Source of the DNA: a virus
Virus record (IMG/VR): IMGVR_UViG_3300029305_001665
DNA length: 64,000 bases
Strand: one strand, 5' to 3'
Shown: in pieces, positions 58,722-64,000 of the stretch
Layout: each line of letters begins with the position of its first letter
Position numbering within the stretch: the first letter of the stretch is position 1
Notes under the pieces: model-generated
What the model saw: only the letters and a program-made list of their open reading frames with translations
Databases searched by the model: none
Told to the model about the DNA's origin: nothing
Made by a program: the position numbers and the translations under genes

Positions 58722-59684
58722 TTATTTAAAGTTTTTATAATCGTCCTTAACGCTAGAATAGAATGGTATGAATGAAGGTTCGAATCTTTGAATTGTTCCG
58801 AACTGATCAACGCGCATAGTTACGATCCAGCCACCAAGTGATATGGATATACCTTTTCCTCTAGTAAAAGGCGTTTGTCCCTGGAAGCAACCGGTCTGTA
58901 GGCAGTGAACATTTCTATGGAAGAGATATTCAGCTTTATGATAATGACCGATTGCTAAAATGTTAGGCTTAGATTCTGGTTCCATAGCCTCTATCATTTT
59001 TTGAGATTTGTAACTCAATGCGTACGATGTGCCATCCCAGGGGTGTCTGAGCTCCAACGTACAGTTAGGTGTCAGGTTAACCACGGCGCAGTCTCTACCT
59101 AAATATTTCATGTCAGGTCTTTCTCTTGCTATAGCCTGACCAATGTCGTAGCCGACTTGCTTGTAGATGCTGGCGTCATGATTACCTGTGATAAAGTGAG
59201 TAGTAATTCCAGGTCTATACGGATAGTTTTTCACAACGTCGTCTCTCATATCATCGGCAGACACTGCATATAATTCGTACTCGTGTCCAGTCCTCATTTT
59301 TAACCCTTCGGTTAGGTCACCAGTGTGATAAACGTCCGTAATGCCCTCCGCTTCGCAAATATCATAAAAGCGGTGTAAATGGCTAATCTGGGCGTATTTA
59401 CTGCCCAATTGAGTGTCTCCCATAATAGCGAACTTTATAACTCGTGTGCCGTCCCAAAAGTTATCATAATGGCTAGGCTCGTAGTTCTGAAGTGCTACTC
59501 GTTTCTCTTGTTTTTCTGTTGAAAGAGCTTTAGCTGCTACGTCGTTGCGATGACGGTGAATATAAGATTTTACAGTTTGACGATTAAAAAGTGCGTCATA
59601 TTCTTTCGAGAGAATATTAGTAATTTCTTTGGGTTGCATCCCTTGGTTAGCTAACTCTAAAGCTCTTTCGTGCCAATGTTTCAT
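58722..59684 (-). CDS. calcineurin-like metallophosphoesterase with N-terminal HTH-like segment
   Basis: 320 aa. Phosphoesterase motifs GDTQ, GDLTE, GNHD and GHYH appear in order. Confidence 0.65.
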   Translation of the reverse strand: MKHWHERALELANQGMQPKEITNILSKEYDALFNRQTVKSYIHRHRNDVAAKALSTEKQEKRVALQNYEPSHYDNFWDGTRVIKFAIMGDTQLGSKYAQISHLHRFYDICEAEGITDVYHTGDLTEGLKMRTGHEYELYAVSADDMRDDVVKNYPYRPGITTHFITGNHDASIYKQVGYDIGQAIARERPDMKYLGRDCAVVNLTPNCTLELRHPWDGTSYALSYKSQKMIEAMEPESKPNILAIGHYHKAEYLFHRNVHCLQTGCFQGQTPFTRGKGISISLGGWIVTMRVDQFGTIQRFEPSFIPFYSSVKDDYKNFK

Positions 59685-59751
59685 TAAGGTTTAATCCTCC
59701 AAAATATAAATAGTCTTTTCTCCTTTCTATTTATTTTTTGTTATTTAGTTG

Positions 59752-59970
59752 TTATTTTTCTAAAGCTCTTGATATTTTTTCTTTAAGTTCTTCATAAGAT
59801 TCGATACAGTCAATAGTTTTACCGTCTTCGAAACCTACTAACTTATTCCAAAAAACTGCAATACGGTTTGCTTTTACCATCATTGCGCGACCTTCTTTAT
59901 CGTGAATTTCGATAAATTCTTTTAAAGTATTTTTCTTTACTGTTTCATGTGACGTATATAATGTTTTCAT
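59752..59970 (-). CDS. hypothetical protein (72 aa)
   Basis: Intact ORF with RBS. Confidence 0.4.
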   Translation of the reverse strand: MKTLYTSHETVKKNTLKEFIEIHDKEGRAMMVKANRIAVFWNKLVGFEDGKTIDCIESYEELKEKISRALEK

Positions 59971-59985
59971 ACTTCTCCTTTCTAT

Positions 59986-61200
59986 TTATTCTTTTTCGAT
60001 TATGTCGTCGAGTACTTTGCCCATTCTAGTTATCATAGGCACCACCAAAGCATTACCCATACAGAAATATCTAGGCTGATGATTCATGCCCGTATTTGTC
60101 CAATCGTCGTCAAATCCGTTCAGACGTTCGGCTTCTATAGGTGTAAGCACTCGTAATCGCAGTGTTTTAGGATCTTTAACCACATGCGATGAACGGTTAA
60201 TCATAGATTCGCTAGTTAGCATCGTACGTGCAGGTTTATCCCAAGGATCTGGAAAGTCTATAGCTCCTTCCGAAAACGTATATTCGAATCCGGTTTTGGA
60301 TACCCTTGGAATGCTTTTTGCTCCTTTTAAATAAATCCATCTTTCCATTTTATCTTCGGGAATATAATATCGCTCGTCCGTAACGCTCTCTAAAATAGAT
60401 CCGAGAGTTATATACGGCTCTCGCTTACTAAACACCATTGAAGTTGTTATTAGACCATCGCGCATTAAGCCAACGTTACCAAAATTGAAAGAGAAATCGT
60501 TGCTTATATTCAAAATGTCTGAGCTTATGGCATAGTCTGTAAAAGAAGTATTTTTATATATAGGAAAAGCTTTGGCCATGAAACCATCTTTCAAAATAAT
60601 ATCCATACTCCCGATATCAGTAGTACATTTTTTATAGTTAGTAGTGTTCTTATAAGCGAATATGAATGTTCTTCGTCGCCGTTGCGCTCCACCATATTCA
60701 GCAGCGTTGATTATTCTCCATTCGACAGTATAGTCTTGTTTATAGAAGCAGCTTAGTATAATACCGAAGTCACGTCCTTTTTGGTATGCTGGAGACTTTA
60801 TCAAACGGTCGACATTTTCTAAAAGAACAAATGGCGGTTTTTTCGTCGATATAGTATCGTAAATATCCCACCATAAAACGCCCTTCTTTCCTTCGATACC
60901 GTTGGATGATGATAATGTTTTTGCTACACTATAGTCTTGGCAAGGAAATCCCGCGACAAGAAGAGAATGGTCAGGTATGGTATGTTTGTTTATTGTGCTG
61001 ATGTCTTTGTTAGTGCTTGACTCGCCGTTAATATCAAGACAATCTCCGAAATGTTTGACATAACATTCATGCGCCCATTGCGCTTTAGTTAACGGCTCCC
61101 ATTGCGAGAACCATACTGTTTTCCATCCGGAATTCAATCTTTCAAAGCCTAATCGAAACCCTCCAACACCAGCAAATAACTCGCATATGGTCTTATTCAT
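59986..61200 (-). CDS. DNA (cytosine-5)-methyltransferase
   Basis: 404 aa. Motif I ELFAGVGGF, motif IV GFPCQDYS and motif VI LLENV are all present. Confidence 0.9.
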   Translation of the reverse strand: MNKTICELFAGVGGFRLGFERLNSGWKTVWFSQWEPLTKAQWAHECYVKHFGDCLDINGESSTNKDISTINKHTIPDHSLLVAGFPCQDYSVAKTLSSSNGIEGKKGVLWWDIYDTISTKKPPFVLLENVDRLIKSPAYQKGRDFGIILSCFYKQDYTVEWRIINAAEYGGAQRRRRTFIFAYKNTTNYKKCTTDIGSMDIILKDGFMAKAFPIYKNTSFTDYAISSDILNISNDFSFNFGNVGLMRDGLITTSMVFSKREPYITLGSILESVTDERYYIPEDKMERWIYLKGAKSIPRVSKTGFEYTFSEGAIDFPDPWDKPARTMLTSESMINRSSHVVKDPKTLRLRVLTPIEAERLNGFDDDWTNTGMNHQPRYFCMGNALVVPMITRMGKVLDDIIEKE

Positions 61201-61447
61201 CAGGCGCCCCTTTCAGAAAATCGTAAATAGTTAATTGAACGCTATGGTCGGCGTCCTTATCGTTCGTTTTAAGTTCGTACTTAGGTTTCTTGGCAGGCCC
61301 TTTTTCGAACCTGCCAGTTTCTAAGAAGCTATGATATATAGCTATAATTTGATCGTTAGGCATCTTATCGACTCGCTCTCGCCATTCTCTAGAAGGATAT
61401 ACATCAGATATGGCCGAACGCATGTATTCTACAGTTACACTGCTCAT
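61193..61447 (-). CDS. hypothetical protein (84 aa)
   Basis: Intact ORF translationally coupled to the methyltransferase gene. Confidence 0.4.
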   Translation of the reverse strand: MSSVTVEYMRSAISDVYPSREWRERVDKMPNDQIIAIYHSFLETGRFEKGPAKKPKYELKTNDKDADHSVQLTIYDFLKGAPDE

Positions 61448-61647
61448 TTAGTAGTTACCTCCAAAAGAAACTCTTTGCTTCGCAAACACCACCATTTAGG
61501 ACTGCGATATTCGAATATGAGCTCGTCCTTGCGGCTTGTAATTTTAATTTCGATAATATTCTTACCAGCAGGTTTCCATTGATAAATATCGCTTGCCCAT
61601 CCAGGAAATATTTCTTTGAACTTTTCCAAAATCTTATGATGGAACAT
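61444..61647 (-). CDS. hypothetical protein (67 aa)
   Basis: Intact ORF. Confidence 0.35.
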   Translation of the reverse strand: MFHHKILEKFKEIFPGWASDIYQWKPAGKNIIEIKITSRKDELIFEYRSPKWWCLRSKEFLLEVTTK

Positions 61648-62363
61648 TATTTGTTTTCACCGTCCTCGGGGTTGTAGTTTTCAAGAACTACGTATTCGTC
61701 ATGAGCAATAAAAAGAGAAGTAATGTTTTCGACATAAACGCCAGTACGTTTGCCGTAGTTTTTAGGCTCTCTAACTTTTAAAATGTCACCATTTTTATAC
61801 TTACCCAAAGTGAAATCGGCATCTACAATCTTAATCCATTCACCAACTTCGGCTTCACGCTTAACTTCCTTTACTTCGGGTTTCTTGGGAGGTTCATAGT
61901 TTTCCAATACAACGTATTCTTTTTCCCAAATAAAAGGCCAAGTGAATTTTGTTACGTTTACCATGGGCTTTGCACAACAAGTTCCCGTAGATTCCACTTG
62001 AAGAACATCACCGTTTTTGTATGCTCCAACGTTATCGCATGCTTCAACAATCTTAATATATTCACCAACTTTAGCAGGACGTTTAACTTCTTTTACTTCA
62101 GGTTTAGCTAAATCAACACCTATAATAAAACTACATTTTTCCATAGGATACGCTAAATTTATGAGAGCAGAAACGCCATCTCTGCGCTTAGGTTCGACTT
62201 TAAGTTCTATATTCCAGTCGTCTTCGTAGCTCGTTTTTATTTCATCAAAAGTACCTTCGGTCTTGAGATATCCCTTTAATTCTGCCGCGCTAACTAAATC
62301 ATATTTTTTCATGATTTTTTCGAGGGCTTCTTGCTTCAAAGTTAAAATAATTTTTGCTTCCAT
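61647..62363 (-). CDS. hypothetical protein with internal ~70-aa duplication
   Basis: PEVKEVKR.A.VGE(Y/W)IKIV...KNGD(V/I)L.V...EYVVLENY occurs twice. Confidence 0.45.
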   Translation of the reverse strand: MEAKIILTLKQEALEKIMKKYDLVSAAELKGYLKTEGTFDEIKTSYEDDWNIELKVEPKRRDGVSALINLAYPMEKCSFIIGVDLAKPEVKEVKRPAKVGEYIKIVEACDNVGAYKNGDVLQVESTGTCCAKPMVNVTKFTWPFIWEKEYVVLENYEPPKKPEVKEVKREAEVGEWIKIVDADFTLGKYKNGDILKVREPKNYGKRTGVYVENITSLFIAHDEYVVLENYNPEDGENK

Positions 62364-62388
62364 AGATTCTCCTTTCTATTTAAATTTT

Positions 62389-63066
62389 TTATTTTTCTTC
62401 ACCAGTTATTAATTCAGAATAAGGCAGGGTTTCGATCCATTTACAGAAGTTAACCCACTCGTCGAGTTTGTGATTTTTTCTGTCATGGTATATATTAGCC
62501 AGAACTTCGTAATTAAGCATTACTGTACGTTTCTGGTTGTAGCTGCTGGGCAAAAGTTGAATCAATTGCCACCAATATTTTTTCTTTTCGTGTTCGCCAT
62601 AAATATGTTTGAATCCGTCAAAACCTAAATATAAGTCTCGACATTCATTGAGTGTACCTATGGTTGTTTTTAACACATCAACACTATGAGGCAATAAATG
62701 ATCTGTCGAGAAATCGTCCAACGTAAACTTCTTAGCATGAATCTTGTGCATAGTTGAGCATGAGTTCGCAACCGTTCCCACCTTATAAGTGTCAAATTCC
62801 TTCCACCAATACAAAGGCGCTGTGATATCTACATATACAGTTATCATACGTAAGTATTTGCGGTGACTCGAACCAGCTTTTGCTAATCTTTTCATGAGAT
62901 CGAGATCGTTAGGACCGATTACAAATCTGTCAGGATATTCGGGGTAGTCCCAATAGCTATCGCTCTTATCCCAACTATTAAGGGGATTGCGCATACCTCT
63001 TATAGCCGACTCAAAGCCATATATTTCATGATATTCAATATCAATCATCTTCGTACTCCCTACCAC
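62389..63066 (-). CDS. hypothetical protein (225 aa)
   Basis: Intact ORF. Loose ThyX-like pattern considered and not accepted. Confidence 0.45.
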   Translation of the reverse strand: MVGSTKMIDIEYHEIYGFESAIRGMRNPLNSWDKSDSYWDYPEYPDRFVIGPNDLDLMKRLAKAGSSHRKYLRMITVYVDITAPLYWWKEFDTYKVGTVANSCSTMHKIHAKKFTLDDFSTDHLLPHSVDVLKTTIGTLNECRDLYLGFDGFKHIYGEHEKKKYWWQLIQLLPSSYNQKRTVMLNYEVLANIYHDRKNHKLDEWVNFCKWIETLPYSELITGEEK

Positions 63067-63388
63067 AGTCAGCGCAGGTAAAGACCTTATATAATAATCC
63101 GGTTTCTTCGTCCTCTAAGATATTAACAGCGCAAACGGTGTTGCCGCATACGGGACAGGGCGGAACATGCTTGCTGCGTCTAAGGGCTTGATTATGGTTG
63201 TTTTTATATTTTCTACTGTGTTCAATATATAGCTTCTTGAAGGATTCATTAACCTCAGCTTCGAATTCAACAGTGTAGAAAACATGCTCGCATTCAGTGC
63301 ATACCTTTTTGCGGTATTTTTCTTGGTTTTCGGGTACGTCAGCTACATCAATAACTTTGGCTTGAGCGCCGCATTTTGGACATTTCAT
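63041..63388 (-). CDS. zinc-ribbon protein (four CxxC pairs)
   Basis: CPKCG, CTEC, CPVCG and CADCG. Confidence 0.5.
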   Translation of the reverse strand: MKCPKCGAQAKVIDVADVPENQEKYRKKVCTECEHVFYTVEFEAEVNESFKKLYIEHSRKYKNNHNQALRRSKHVPPCPVCGNTVCAVNILEDEETGLLYKVFTCADCGREYEDD

Positions 63389-63402
63389 ACTTTTCTTTCT
63401 CC

Positions 63403-64000
<598 letters not shown>

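Noticed and set aside
62389-63066. Flavin-dependent thymidylate synthase (ThyX) call
   Set aside because: A weak pattern resemblance around APLYWWKEFDTYKV...NSCSTMH, but the diagnostic RHR and S..ES.RY motifs are absent. Left as hypothetical.

Overview
The whole 64-kb AT-rich window looks like phage DNA: a temperate, Firmicutes-type siphovirus resembling the Bacillus SPbeta lineage. Genes run almost entirely on the minus strand. Only an XRE-type repressor and a large serine recombinase (integrase) are on the plus strand; they form a lysogeny switch at 7.3-9.4 kb. Left of the switch (1-7.3 kb) is an accessory arm of very small membrane-peptide genes plus two paralogous 250-330-aa proteins, punctuated by a recurring ~28-44-nt upstream element and hairpin terminators. 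The right arm is read leftwards. From 64 kb down to 49 kb it carries early and DNA-metabolism genes: a Gly/Ser-repeat protein, a zinc-ribbon protein, a Dcm-type C5 methyltransferase, a metallophosphoesterase, an SPFH/band-7 protein, an RNA-ligase-like nucleotidyltransferase, an XRE regulator, an iteron-like repeat region, a VRR-NUC nuclease and a PD-(D/E)xK nuclease. Next comes a 1008-aa protein with beta-like and beta-prime-like catalytic motifs (NADFDGD-type), which I read as a YonO-like single-subunit RNA polymerase fused to HTH domains at both ends. Downstream are a GC-rich repeat region, an HNH endonuclease and an unusual 11-kb block of repeat-rich fibre/adhesin-like proteins, one with a C-terminal Hint domain. 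The morphogenesis operon follows: TerL, portal, protease-capsid fusion, connectors, major tail protein and chaperones. A holin-amidase lysis cassette sits in the middle of this operon, ahead of a 2316-aa tape measure protein, four large distal-tail/fibre proteins and a holin-like gene. I saw no rRNA, tRNA or CRISPR array. Most product calls rest on motifs read by eye and need HMM confirmation.
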